Source of the DNA: Takakia lepidozioides
Taxonomy: Eukaryota; Plantae; Bryophyta
Length of the DNA: 64,000 bases
NCBI GenBank assembly: GCA_030704615.1
Contig: CM060734.1
Location: 9,300,001 to 9,364,000 of the forward strand
Direction: 5' to 3'
Made by a program: the position numbers and the translations under genes. The notes beneath the pieces are model-generated. The model made no database searches. It had not been told where the DNA came from and was given only the letters and a program-made list of their open reading frames with translations. Of this stretch, positions 15,483-29,500 are shown piece after piece (the first letter of the stretch is position 1; each line of letters starts with the position of its first letter).

Positions 15483-17467
15483 TCCCTCTACAATGTAGTT
15501 CTATCCTTGGACTTGAATACCAAAAAGATAAAAGGTCTACATTCTCTCTGCCCTCAGATCACGAGTGAACATTGGCATAGCATAAATCAAACTTGGCAAG
15601 AATATAGAGTCATGCGTTTTCCATGTTACCTCTTATCTTGTCAACGAGCTCTTGTAAAGAAGTAGAGACCAAGGAAGGATCTCCGTGCGATGTAGTTTTA
15701 TCTTTGGTTAAAAAGCTACAGTCTCTGCTTCCCAAGTCAAGAGAAAATATGGACCAAACATTCATATAGCTGGGCACGCAAGAGTTCAGAAATTACAGGT
15801 GTTCTTCAACCGATGGCAGTAAATTACTGCACATTTTTCCACCATATCAGCCAACTTTATGGTTAGAACCGTTTTTCCAAAGGTATGAATAAGAACTTGT
15901 GTTCTTCAGCCAGTGGCAGTAGTCTACTGCCCGTGATTCACAACATGAACATGTGAATAAGAACATTGGCAACAATCTGCTGCCCATCTTTTCACCATAT
16001 CAGCCAGCTTTATGGTTTTAAAACCAGATTTCCTTAAGGTATGGAAAAAAGACATATCGCGTTACACCTGGGCATTTTTTTAGTGGTGCTATAAAGAGCA
16101 AACCCACATCCAGGAGAAGTATTAAAGCCCACGAGTAGGGAAGGTTTTTCATCATAAGGGATCTGATGCTGACATAAGGCATCAACTACAGGTTACCAGT
16201 TAACAGGAGTAATGTGCATTGACCGGATCATGTAGAAGATGTACACACATACTCTAACGGGCTGTTTTACCCGGGCCTAGCTCATAATATCAGTATGCAA
16301 GAAACCCTTAGATGTTCTTCAAGTAATATCAGCGATGCCTTTCTCTCGTTGTCCAATCCGCCAACAAATTTTTGTTGGAGAGGATCATCATACCTTATGA
16401 GGTATTTGTTGCTCCACACTATTGTTATGGAGGTATAGGGGGCTGATACCCCATGGCTTTCCTAGACCCATGCAAAAGCCATTAAAGGTGTTAGTACATC
16501 ATAGTAAGAAAACTGGAAAATGGCAGGTGAGAGAGAGAGAGTGTGTGTACAGAAACCACTAAGTACACTGGTCAAGAATAGAGAGGGAAGATACTACGTC
16601 TCGTCGGGACATGGACAAGACCAAACAAGGTCTTTGTCAAATTAACGACAAATCAGCCTCATAACAAGGAACTATCTAACTTCACCTTCCATAGGCAGTA
16701 TCTTACCTGATAAAAACTCATGTCATCTTCCTGAAAACACGTGAAAAATTAGGGTGGGAGGGTGGGATTTCCAAGACAACCATCACCCTAGATTCAGAAT
16801 ATGTCATTCATCATTGAAGGAGTCTTGTTTTTCTTATAAAACAATCGGGACCAACACCACCTTTGGTACATACCAGATCAGCATAAACACTTGAGCCTTT
16901 AAGAATGAGTTGCAGGTGTTGCAATTCCAAGAGCCCAGCCTGATAATGTAGACCAGCCAGCATGCTATGTCTATGTTCCATGAATGCACAAAGGTCTGGA
17001 TCTGGTTTTCCAATCATCTCTCCAAAACTCAATCAGAGTGGAGTGCTACAATGAGCATAATCAGAATTTTATAGACAACACCAACTCAAAGGGTATTCCA
17101 AAAGGCTAGTTTGATAAGTTAAACCAGCCCCTGTGTATTTTGAAAAAACCCAACAAGACCACTGCTTGGTATTCTTCCAAGTCAAGTACTGCTTGGTACT
17201 TTCCAAGTCAACATAGTAAAACTGAACCTGTTTCAAATTCAAAGGATGGTTCCAATGGCATCGCTTGGCAACCTTAAAACAGGTGTTATGTAATCTGAAA
17301 AGCCCATCACGCCAGCTGCTTGGTAATCTCCAAGTTAAAACAGTGTAACCAGTGCTGTTTTAAATTTAGAACTCTGACCTCAATGTTCAAAAACTACCGC
17401 TTGGTACTTACCGTGTTAAATCAGCATAAGAAGGCCTATCTTAAGCATCATTGGATAGCCTTATAAG
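15483..17467 (+). repeat. Repeat family R, forward partial copy
   Basis: Near-identical to about 38756-40731; identical spurious ORFs recur in the ORF track. Confidence 0.9.
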
Positions 17468-20400
17468 CCTTACAAGTGCTCATTCTTAGAGCTGTACACA
17501 CTGAAATCATCCAAGAACACCTGCATGAAATCATCCAGATACTCATGAAAAGATTCACTTATCACTCTCTGAAAGGTTGCTGGTGCATTACAAAGTCCAA
17601 AGGGCATGACTTTGTATGCATAAGCACCCCAGTCTGTGATGAAAGCTGTCTTTGCTTGGTCTTTTTCTGCCACTTGCACTTGATTATAACCACTGAAGCC
17701 ATCCATGAATGAGTACATCTCATGGCCTGCCACAGTGTCCAATACTGCTTCTGTGAATGGCAAAGGGAAAGGATCTTTCTTCGTACAAGCATTCAGCTTC
17801 TTGTAGTTCACACAAACTCTTAGTTTACCATTCTTCTTGGGAACTATCACAATGGGTGACAACCAAATTGTATACTCTATTGGGTATATAAACGTAGCCT
17901 CAGCCAACTTCTTGATCTCTTCTCCAACCTTCTGTGCATGGTTGGGATTCATTCTGTATCTTGTCTGCTTGATTGGTACTGATCATGGTTCCAGTTCAAT
18001 CTTATGCTGACAGATCTCAGGTGGTATCCCTTTTAGATCCTCGTAGCTCTAAGCAAATACATCTCTGTATTTGATGAACAAACTTTTAGCTTCTTCAAAG
18101 AATTCTGGCTCCAAATCAGCTCCTACCTCCACCATCCTTGGTTCCTCTTTAGTTCCCACATTCACTTCCCTCACCTGCTCATCAGCTGTGATTGTCAACC
18201 AGTCACCACTTCATCCTGTAAACTCACAGTGGCTGGTTCCTCTAGGATTTCCATTTCTCCTTCTCTTTCTTCATAGAAATGTGATGGGTAACTGCTGGTT
18301 TCCTCTTCAATTGGTGTTGCTGACACTACACCACAGCAGATACCTCTTAAACAACTTAGGCCTTCCAGTCGCATCTCTGCAACCTGCTCCCACTCTGGGT
18401 GTGCAGCGAACAGGGTAGCTTCTTGCTTCTCATCCAGTCCTCCTCTCCAGTCATACTCTCTGACCCCTCGAGGTCTTCTCGTAGCAGGTAATCTACTAGA
18501 TTTCTTTGTGGTAATTTGTATCTCGTGCATCCCATTATGCACGGTTAGTAACTGAGAATTCCAGTCATGGAATACCCTGTCCTGTTTCAGCCACGGACGT
18601 CCCAATAATAAGGAGTAAGCCTCCATGACTTCATCCATCTTCAACACAGTTACTGTGATCATAAAGATCATCTTCTGTATCTGTATCTTAACTCCTCTTA
18701 TCAATCCCATGGCTGTACACTTCTTTGATCTGCCATTGTTACTGTAAATGGGGCGGGTTTCATGTTACTTAGACCAAGCTTCTTCCTTAATTGGTTTGTC
18801 ATGATATTTACTCCAAAGCCTCCATCTATCAGTACATCAGTTAGTTCTGTGCTTCCAATTCTCAATTGGATTACTGGCATAGAATCATCAAAGTCCATGA
18901 CTATTTCTCGCCCTTCCGGCTTCACATTATAACTGGTCACCTTGCTGTTCAGGTCTGTGTTTCCTGTCTCCTGGGCAATTCGATTGATTGCTTGATACAG
19001 CCTGTGTCTACAATAAGGTGCCACAGCCAATAGCTGTCCAATGGTAATCTCTGCTGTGGTCTGGCATATACTTCATCAGCCAAAGTCCCTTCATTACTTT
19101 GCATGTCTGTAGCTTCTTTCTTCCTTTCATCCTCACTCACTTCTTCTTCTCCATCAGAATCAGAGGAATCTGCCACAGGAATATCAGTACTCTTCTGCAT
19201 TCCCTTATGGTATCTGCCACTTCCTTGTGCAGTTCCTTCTCATCTCTCCAAGCCTCATCATCTTCAGGCATATCACTGCCATTTCCATTATCATCATTTT
19301 CCTCAAACTACTGGAGGTATTGGTTGGCTTTGCTTCTTGTTACTATCATTGTACTTACTTCTGGTACAACACATGGCCTAACCATGTGAGCTGCCACCAC
19401 TTGGCCCTCATTCACAGGAGCTCTCATCTCATTCTGGTGTCTAATCCATAATGAACAGGCTGCCTTGCGATGTCCTGGCTGATTACAATAGTAAACACAG
19501 TTCTTCACCATTGGGTCCTCGCCCTTGGTCTGCTCTTGGATTATTTCTGTAATCCTGCCCTGGTCTGCTCTTGGATTATTTCTGTAATCCTGATTCCCTG
19601 GCTGGTAATTCCCTTGGATTACCCTGATAGTTGCCTCTGGAATTTCTTGGTAATTCCCTCTTGAATTACCTCTCCCTTCCATGCCATTGTTATAACCACC
19701 AGGCCTACCATAGTGGTCCTGATCACTGTTTCTTCTTGGCTGGGGTTGCACTTGATGCACCCTTACTTGCCTAGGTTCTCTTGCAGTTGTCCTTCTGTTG
19801 TAGTAACAATTCTCAGTAGAATGGTTATCCATTTTACAGATAGTACAATGTTTCTCCTTCATGTGGCATTCAGTGGTGGTATGGCCTTCATTCTGGCACT
19901 TTGCACACCAAAACACCCTTCCTCCAATGTGTTGCAGCTCTGTGGCATACTTCTTCAAGATTTCTTTAATCTTTTCTCATAGTTATCCCTCTTCAAACTT
20001 CTCCTTTCTCTTACTATTCCTTTTTAGTTCTTGCTCTTCTTCTTCATCTGACTCATCCTCAGAGTCCTCATCATCCCTTTTCTCTCTCCTGAGCATTCCC
20101 AATTGCTCAATTCTGTTTGCAGTTTCAAATGCCTCCTCCACTGTATATGGGGTAACATATCCACTTTCTTCTGCAACTCTGGTCTTAGTCCACTCACAAA
20201 CCAAGTCTTCTGTAAACCTGGTGCTGGTACAGCAGCCAGCTTTTTCATCATCAATTCCATCTTTTCCATATACTCCTCAACAGTTCATGCTTCTTTTGCT
20301 TTAACTGTTGTAAACTTCCATACACTTCATCCTCAGTTTTTACTTGTCCTGAACCTATTTCGGAATGTTGTATTCAAGCCATTCCAGAATAGGAAATGAT

Positions 20401-22145
20401 TATCAGGGAATCTTGCATACCATTCACTTGCTTTCTTGATAAGTGAACAAGGAAACAAATCTATCTTGGCATCATCGCCATTCTCATTGTTCACAATACA
20501 CATGGGCTCAAATTGGCTAATGTGTACATCGGGATCCCCTTTTCCTGAATATATTGGAAAAGGTGGTTTTGCCCGTTGTGGTTTGTAACGCCATCTGTGG
20601 CCCTACCTCTGCCCACTGACAGGTACTGGCACCTTGCTGGTGCTGGTCCTTGAGGACCTGTTGTAGTTGTGGTGGATCTTCCACCAAGTGGTGGCCCCTG
20701 AGCACTCCTTGCTACTGGCCCCACGATATTCACAGTATTCCCAGCTCCAGTTGCACTACTTCCCACACTCCCTGTCCCCCCAGAGCCAGATCCAGGCAGC
20801 CCGCCTGATCCCCCTGAGCCGACACCTTCGTTGGCCTATGATCCAAGTGCTCCACTTGATCCAGGTCCAACGGGTTGGGATGTCCTGGTTGTAGTCTCAA
20901 CCTCAGCTGTTGGGTCTACTTCTTTATACTCTTCATCTTCCAATTTCTTTCTCTATTTTATCCTCCAAGTTCTGCCCTTGGGTTTATTTTTTCACTCATG
21001 AACTCAACTGCAATGGTGTTGGAGAGTCTGAACTCTCCGTTGGCTCTGCCGCATCCTCTCCTCCTTCTTCACCTTCCGCTTCATAAATTGGAGTTCCTGC
21101 TTTTGGTGTTCCATGCCAACTCTTATCAAAGATTTCTGTCAAATCTTTTATCCAGGGATGTACCTCAGATCTTCTTCCCGTACCAATTCCCTTAATCTTT
21201 CTTGCAAAGAAAAAGAAGGAGTGGCATCCACTTAGTTCTTCCGGTATGGGTGATGTACTCTCTGATCTTAATGGTGTGAGAGGTCCAGATGATTCCCCTA
21301 TTGTCTATTCCTCTCTCCCAAAGATATGGATAATTAGCTTTCAGATAGCTTCTCTTTTTTTGCTGAATATCTCTGGCATCTAGCTTCTCTTTCATCACTC
21401 ATGTCCCATGTCTTTTCATTCTTTTTTAAAGTGGCAATACCAAAACTCTCTTCTGTAATATCTCTCGTAATGCCTGGGTTTCTTTCCAAGCTTCAATGAC
21501 CCTTGGCTATACTAGAAGTCTCCGTTACCATTATAACCATATGGCAAACAAGTCTGGAAAGCTGTTCTTGGTGTGAGTTTTTTTTGATCCACAAAATATC
21601 CTTTGGAATCCAATTCTTAACCAGTACAAGCTCTTCATGCCATATGAGTATAAAACATTCACCTTTCTTTCCTCCCCCAGCCTTCAAACTCTACTCGCTT
21701 AATGGAGGCAATGCTATCCATAAACCAGTGTTGGTAACCAACGTGCTCTTCCTCTACAGGCCACCTGATAAATCTTTATCACTCCTTTTCTCCAGACCCC
21801 ACTCAGGGTCAGCATCATGCACTCTCTTAAGAATGTTTTCTTTACAACCGTCTGGCAATTCCAAGACCTCTGAAAGAATCGTTAGACAATCTTTCCTTCT
21901 CAGTTTCACAGGGAATTGAATCACATCAAATTCTTTAATTCTCCATCCACCATGATCCCACCAGATGCCTGTCACATCTGGTTGTCAGACCCAGTTCCCC
22001 AGTATGGTCGCCAATGTTCGCGCGGCTTTTACTCACCCATCCATTGGCTATCCGAGGTGGGAACTCCAAGATAGAAGAGTTGGAAATCTCTAAGCACTCA
22101 GCCCGCTCAGAACAATCAGTGATGACCTACAGCTAGTGTATCAGC
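17468..22145 (-). mobile_element. Ty3/gypsy (non-chromovirus-like) retrotransposon 5' half: LTR remnant, PBS, gag, protease, truncated RT
   Basis: LTR end ...AACA at 22015 followed by PBS TGGCGACCATACTGGGGA (22013-21996). CCHC knuckles, protease VLIDGGFGVNIM, RT WLSPIVIVPKKNGKLRVCV..SFMDGFSGYNQV..MPFGLCNAPATFQR..FLDDF. Cut at 17468; many stops and frameshifts. Confidence 0.93.
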
Positions 22146-24325
22146 TATTGTTATGGAGGTATAGGGGGCTGATACCCCATGGCTTTCCTAGACCCATGCA
22201 AAAGCCATTAAGGTGTAGTTGTTAGTACCATCATAGTAAGAAAACTGGAAAATGGCAGGTGAGAGAGTGAGAGAGTGTGTGTACAGAAACCCACTAAAGT
22301 ACACTGGTCAAGAATAGAGAGGGAAGATACTGGTGTCTTGTGGGACATGGACAAGACCAAACAAGGTCTATGTCAAATTAACGACAAATCAGCCTCAAAC
22401 AAGGCACTATCTAACTTCACCCTTCCATAGGCAGTATCTTACCTGATAAAAAATCATGTCATCTTCCTGAAAACACCTGAAAAATTAGGGTGGGGGGTGG
22501 GATTCAAGGACAACCATCACCCTAGATTCAGAATATGTCATTCATCATTGAAGGAGTCTTGTTTTTTCATAAAACAATCGGGACCAAAACCACCTTTGGT
22601 ACATACCAGATCAGCATAACACTTGAGCCTTAAGAATGAGTTGCAGGTGTTGCAATTCCAAGAGCCCAGCCTGATAATGTAGACCAGCCAGCATGCTATG
22701 TCTTGTTCCATGAATGCACAAAGGTTTTGGATCTGGTTTTCCACTCATCTCTCCAAAAACTCAATCAGAGTGGAGTGCTACAATGAGCATAATCAGAATT
22801 TTATAGACAACACCAACTCAAAGGGTATTCCAAAAGGCTAGTTTGATACGTTAAACCAGCCCCTGTGTATTTTGAAAAAAGCCCAACAAGACCACTGCTT
22901 GGTATCTTCCAAGTCAAGTATTGCTTGGCTTTTCCCAAGTCAACATAGTAAAACTGAACCTGTTTCAAATTCAAAAGATGGTTCCAATGGCATCGCTTGG
23001 CAACCTTAAAACAAGTGTTATGTAATCTGAAAAGCCCATCACGCTAGCTGCTTGGTAATCTCTAAGTTAAAACAGTGTAACCAGGGCTGTTTTAAATTTA
23101 GAACTCTGACCTCAATGTTCAAAAACTACCGCTTGGTACTTACCGTGTTAAATCAGCATAAGAAGGCCTATCTTAAGCATCATTGGATAGCCTTATAAGG
23201 TCTGGAGATGGTACTCCAGCACCATATCAAAATGCAGCCGAAGCTCAGACTGGTATCATGCCAGAAAACTGATTTACAATCGGGTCGAAAACCCCACTAA
23301 TATGGTGCCAAAGTTCAGACTGGTATCATACCAGAAAACTAACTTATAATCAGGTTACAACCCATAAAAACCAAAAAGGACTAAGGTTGAGAGGCCGAAT
23401 CGTATCAGATGCCCCACTGAAGCAGTATGTAGCGTCAATCGTCACCATCGCCAAGTCCTTTGATCATCTGCAAACTGAAAAAAAATACACATCAAGTGAA
23501 GACCCTCACCTGTGCCCGTCCCAAAAACACCACATCAAGATGTGTGTTAGTGAGGATGCACGAGGTGAGTAGCAGGTCTTCACAGTTGCTATCCATGTCC
23601 AACATGCATAAATTGATCAAAAGTAAAACATAGATGCGACACCACAAAGAACTTTAATCGTTTGTGGAGTGGGACGCTGCGGCATTCAACACCTGAATCT
23701 CAAGAGATCGCAGCAGAATGCAACAAATTGGGATACTTGAGGACAAATTGCATATTTACAAAGTGCATGATACTTCCCCCATCACCTTATGAGCGCTGCT
23801 GCTTCATGAATAAGAAAGATTGCATGCAAACACAGCAGTAGGTCATTTGCCAGTGCGGGAAATGGAAGGGCCTGCCGCCATCGCGCAAGAAAAAACAAAA
23901 TGCACGCGGATCGTGATGCTCAAGCACTCAGCTCAGCCGCCATCGCCATCCTCCAGAGAAAACAAGCACGAGTATCGTGCCGTGCTTAGGGTAGAGAGGC
24001 GGTTAGCAAACCATCCCGTGATTTCATCCACTGGGATGAAATTTTGCACTTCATTAGAGTTACATCCTCTTAGGTTTACATCCGTTAGGGTAACATCCAT
24101 GAGGGATGTAATCCGTCATGGATGAAGAATTGCAAGCTACATCCTTAGTGGTAAAACTCAAGACAATAATTCATCCAATTAGGGATTATACCTGGCATAT
24201 TTTTCATCCGGTATGGATGAAATTCAAAACATATTCCATCAGGGATTAGAAAGAAGGTATTTCCAAACCAGGTAGGCTTAGGAAAATTTTTGTTAATCCC
24301 AAACAGATAATTGGAGAGAGGGAAG
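22146..24325 (+). repeat. Repeat family R, forward partial copy
   Basis: Matches about 36462-38632 with many small indels. Confidence 0.9.
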
Positions 24326-24332
24326 ATATACA

Positions 24333-25231
24333 TGTCATGTCAAGACATGGACAAGACCGCTAAGGTCATTGTCATTGAAAGACAAAACAGCCCTTTACAG
24401 GGCACCATCTAACATTCTCTTTCATGTTTACAATCTCATTTGAATACCCAATTACATTTCAGGGTCTCTGAAAAAACAGGGCGGGAGGGTGGGATTCCAG
24501 GTCATTCATATCATGAAAGCACCATAGTACACATCATCATCTCAAGAATCCATTTTAAACTCATTTCAAAAACCAGATTGCAGGTTTGGTTTGAAGATGA
24601 TGTTTTAGAACCAAGATATAAGCAAGATTCTTAAAAAGGAAGAAGAAACAACAGTGTAGAGCCCCCTTAAGCAGGTATAGGCCTAGAATGGTATTTTAAG
24701 GCCACATAAAGTAGTTATGCCAAGGTGAAAGAGCAGCTCAGAACCCCAGTTTGTTATCAAGCCATGAAACCAAAATGATATGAGGGCCTTGAAGAATGTG
24801 TGTTATCTATCAAAGCCTATCCTTTTGATCCATTAGAGTCATACCAAGAGTTCTCATTTCAGAGCCAAGTATCAAGGCAGTCAAAGTAATAACTGCTATT
24901 TGTATCCTTGTATCCTTCATAGCTAAACTCCTACACATGCAAATGTGGTTGTAAAAAACCGTAAACAGGGGTAAGGAAAGAAGCAGATCCTCATTGGAGC
25001 AATCTTGGAGCAGGTCTGAAGCGGCATGGTGGCAGTTTGAAACAGCAGATGGCATCAGCAGCTTAGGCAGCAGCAGTATCCACACTTGCAAGAACAGGAA
25101 CTGCAAGCTTCAAGAAATCAAGACAAGTGAAGACCCTCACCTGTGCCCGTCCCAAAAACCACCACATAGCAATGTGTGTTAGTGAGGATGCAGCAGGTAA
25201 GTGGCAGGTCTTCACAGTTGCTATCCATGTC
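24333..25231 (+). mobile_element. Diverged LTR-like module related to the one embedded in repeat R
   Basis: Starts TGTCATGTCAAGACATGGACAAGACC and ends ...GTTGCTATCCATGTCA. Both ends are homologous to 36639-37919; preceded by a purine tract. Confidence 0.5.
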
Positions 25232-26170
25232 AGTGTTGAATTCTAAAGCAAGTACAGATCACAATTCAAGCAATGGTAAACTCAAAAAACCTTGAGTGTT
25301 TGTGGTATGCCCTGCGCCATGGCGTCCAACAGATTGTCTCCGACAGAACGCAATCAGAGTAGAAGCATTCACAACTAGAGAGTGGCTCATACACGAAGAG
25401 AGAGCAACAAGTAATCTGTAGATAAATAGGGATAGAGTACTTCCCAACAAGGAGTAAAAGCGCCGCTGCAAAATAAAGAACCATGAATTCCTGATCAGAG
25501 CAATCACGGCTTTGTCGTCTGCCATAGAAGAATCTGTTTAACCACCACTGCGCATCCCAAGAGCCAGCAATCACGAGTACCATGTAGCAGCAGGGGAGTA
25601 GGTTTATACGGCGCATCATCCGATCCAATCCGCATTTTTGTTGGAGGTAGCCTATACTATATGCGCACACAACTGCATGCATATGGAGGAATGTATGCGT
25701 GCATACAAATTTTAGATATGCATAGGAACAATTTTATATGCACAACACTTAAATAAGGGTACCAAAAATAAATAAATAAATTGTGATTCATCTAATCTTA
25801 GGGTCCATAGTCAAAATATCAAAGGATGGAATAAGAATATTCTATATAGAATATTCCATATTCATTGTATTATTGTTCCACATGGGTGAGTGTAGGAATG
25901 GGAGAGGAACATGTTGCTTTTATGGCTTTCCAACATGAGAAAAAAGGTCGAAAAATTAAAAAGTGACGAGGCACGGCTCCTTGTTAGATACAGATGGTGA
26001 AGGTACGGGCTCTTCCAATGGTGGGAGTCTAGTTTGAAGTTCAGAATGGAGCAATGCTAAGGGAATGCTAGGGAGCTTGACAATGTTAGGGAGCTTGTTA
26101 CATAGGTTTTGCAGTATCTATATATCTATCTTCTGAAACATTTTTATTTTACAAAAACATAATGTCCATC

Positions 26171-26228
26171 AGAGATAGAACCCACAACCTATCGGGTATC
26201 AAGCCTAGTTCATACCACTACACTACCC
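26171..26228 (-). other. tRNA-derived (Pol III A/B-box) sequence
   Basis: Minus strand GGGTAGTGTAGTGGTA...AGGTTGTGGGTTCTATCTC; no complete cloverleaf. Confidence 0.5.
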
Positions 26229-26595
26229 ATTCAGACTTGAAACACTAATGAAATGAAACACTAATGAGATAAAGATAGTCACCCTGTGTGTACATAACAT
26301 GCCACAATACTCATAAGGGTTGATCTTATTAATGATGAAATTTGATAGTGCTGAAGTGCATGTCGAACTTGCATTAAGGTAAAGGGATCTATGAAATGCA
26401 GTAGAGATCTATGTACAAACTATTACATAGATAAATCAAATGACAGGAAGATAACATGAAATCTGATTTCAACACCATGTCATTTGCCCCATTTGTTTTA
26501 CCTTACACTAGAGAGAAATACATGTATCATAAAAAATAACAAAAAATTCGGACTGACAATGAGGACAATGTATTGTATATGTAATTTCTAATTAC

Positions 26596-29500
26596 CTACA
26601 TAATATCATCAGCTGATACTTCATCATCCGTGTCATAAGCTTGTGATTCAGAGGCATACACATCCATGAAAGCCTCAACTCTACGCAACCTATCCACGGA
26701 TTGTCCAACAATAGCTGCTCTTCGGTCAAACAATAGATCATTGGAAAGACCTACATCACGTTGTTGATGTATTGAATGCAAAGCTTGGGACTTGGCATAC
26801 GAAGGTAGATAAAACGATGAAAGAGGACTTTGGGGTAGACTATCGTAGATGGTCCGCACAATCCCATCACTGCATCACACATACATGTATACTTATGTTA
26901 ACAAATCAAATGGGAATGGTTTGCTTTGCAAATAATATAGAGATTGCAACAAAGGGAATGGAGGCGAGACATACTCACTAGGAAGTACTGCCGAGATGAA
27001 GACCAAGCTTGCGCGCCACCTTAGGAGCGGGGGGTTCCAACAAACTCACAGGACGTTGAATGGTTGGAGTTACCACAGATGAAACCAAAACGGGTTGAGT
27101 ATTTTGAAGTGCAGAGAGACGTGCTGCATACAACGTCTGGTCCCCCTCAAGACCAAATACGTGACGTCCAGACTCGCGAGCAGCAATAAATGTAGAACCT
27201 GCAGGAAAAAAACATGCAATGATGATATTATATCGGATAACAGTTAATGATCATGAATCAACTCAGAAGATTTTAATTACAAAATGGAGACAACTGATTT
27301 GAAGGATGTGAAGAACTACCAATAGGACCAGCAATAGAAGCCACACCTGCATTGACATCCGCACATTTTCTTTTTCGTGATTTGCGTTTTGGTACACCCA
27401 CAACGGCAGGGACCACTTGGGCTACAGCGTCAGCGGCCTGTGTAGCAATCTGTTCTGCATGCTCCAGATCAAGAACAGGGACTTCAGTGGAGATACCCCC
27501 TTCATCACTCACTGACTGCCTGCGAACACATTCCTTATGAAGTCCCATTTCTGCATAGGGGATAGTACCCTTGGGGCATATCCAAATACCAACCCCCCCC
27601 CCTTCCCGGTGTTCCACACCCCAATCTTCCTCAATTGCAGGTGTGTACATGGAAGCTTGTTGAGCACCAAACTTCCAGGCCATCAGAAACTTGGGCTCAG
27701 CCTTAAGTCGATCACTCGGTACAAGCACAAATCTCATGTACCTAAAATACAAACACATTTAAAGTTATTGTGGAGACAAATATTTGTGCAACATGTTCAA
27801 CAATTGAACAAGCACATTAAGAAACATGTATATCCCAATGTACTAGAAAATACTTGAAGCATAGACATTTTTGACTTACAAGGTGTATACACTATCCATG
27901 TACAATGCAATGGAAAGATGGTACCTGAATAAAATCCGTCTCACCACCTTCTCCCCACCTGTTTGTTGTTCCCAATCATTGCCTCTGAATGGCCCCTTTG
28001 GCAATGAGAACTCTCTATGAAACAACTCATTGAAATGAGTCATCTTCCATGTATCCATGTAGTCTCCTAGACTCTCACTCTCTCCTTCCTCCAAGGCAAC
28101 ATGAAATTGGCCAAGCTGAGTGGTGTACAAGGCAAACTGAGCCAAGGCAACCTTGCGAAGCTGCCAGAAAATACAGTCAGTTAAATAACTATGTTAATGT
28201 GTCATCAACAAAATGAACTAATTGCATTGAGAAGATAGTGATTGTATATGTACCTGCCACCAAAAAGTCCTTCTATTCAGCCAAGGATCAAGTGTTGGCC
28301 CACTGATAGGCCCGGGTGGAAAAAAATTACGGTCGTGAAGTGTTCGGTCTCCATTCCATATATGTAGCCATTCCACCTTTTCTTCAGGATCCACCCGGGC
28401 GGTAGCAATGTTCACCATTTTCTCTTGGGTCATTTCCTCTGATCCTGCCTTTACACGTGACCAATGCAGTTTAAGTTCTTGGAGAAACCCCTCTCCAAGG
28501 GTTGGATCAGCAATAGGAAGCAACTTCACAAGCTGACTCTTGTGTTGCTCCCTTGCTTTCAATCCAGCCTGTCTCATTGTATCTTCAAGGCCCTCTTGAC
28601 TCTTTGGCCCCTCAGCAAGTTTGTAAGCTTCCCCCGCCATGCGTTGGGCCTCAACAATATCATGTTGCCAAAAGAACCAAAACAGTTCATAACATGAACC
28701 AGAGGTGAATCTTGTCTATGGATGCAAAGAATGAAACTTGGTTAAGACATGATGTTACCTTGTACAAAATCTCTGTCATTGCATGGACTGTCAGGTTATA
28801 CCAAGTCTTTCCTGCTTTCTTGATGCATTCGTCGTGTTGCTCTTTCCTCAATACATTCTTCCATTCAGAGACAGGTGTAAGGCCAATCATATTGACCTTG
28901 CAAACCAAGTGCACAAATTTGGATGTAACATGTGCCCTCTCTATTGCCCTGCACATATAAAATATGATCATTAGAAAGAAGATGTGTATATGTACATCCA
29001 TTGAGCAAGAACATGACAACATTGAACATGAAAGTAAATGAAGAATAGAAAGGAAACTCATACATTCACTCCATCCATGATGGACCTGAGGGAACCACGA
29101 TTTTCAATGTCCGCATTGAGCACCCAACTTGTCACACAGATATGTCTTGACAAGTTGGCCCCATGAACTTCATTGATATAGGGATACCATGCTTGAAGCC
29201 TATGATTCCCATCCCAGACATGAAACATCTTCCCCCGAAGATGATGCAACTTTGGCTTGGACTCAAGATACTTCTCAAACTCATCATTGACTATTTTCCA
29301 ATGACTATCCCATGTAGAGATGATATCAGGACCTACATCTATAGTAGATCCATCAATCCCCTCAACAGAACATAGAACACGGCTGCTCCTGGATGGTATC
29401 CAGAATAGAAGTCTCCTCTAAGCTTTAGGATGTCGTTGGCAAGGGCGGGCCTAACAACCTGCATAGAAATCATGCGACACAATGGAATGTCCATAACTCC

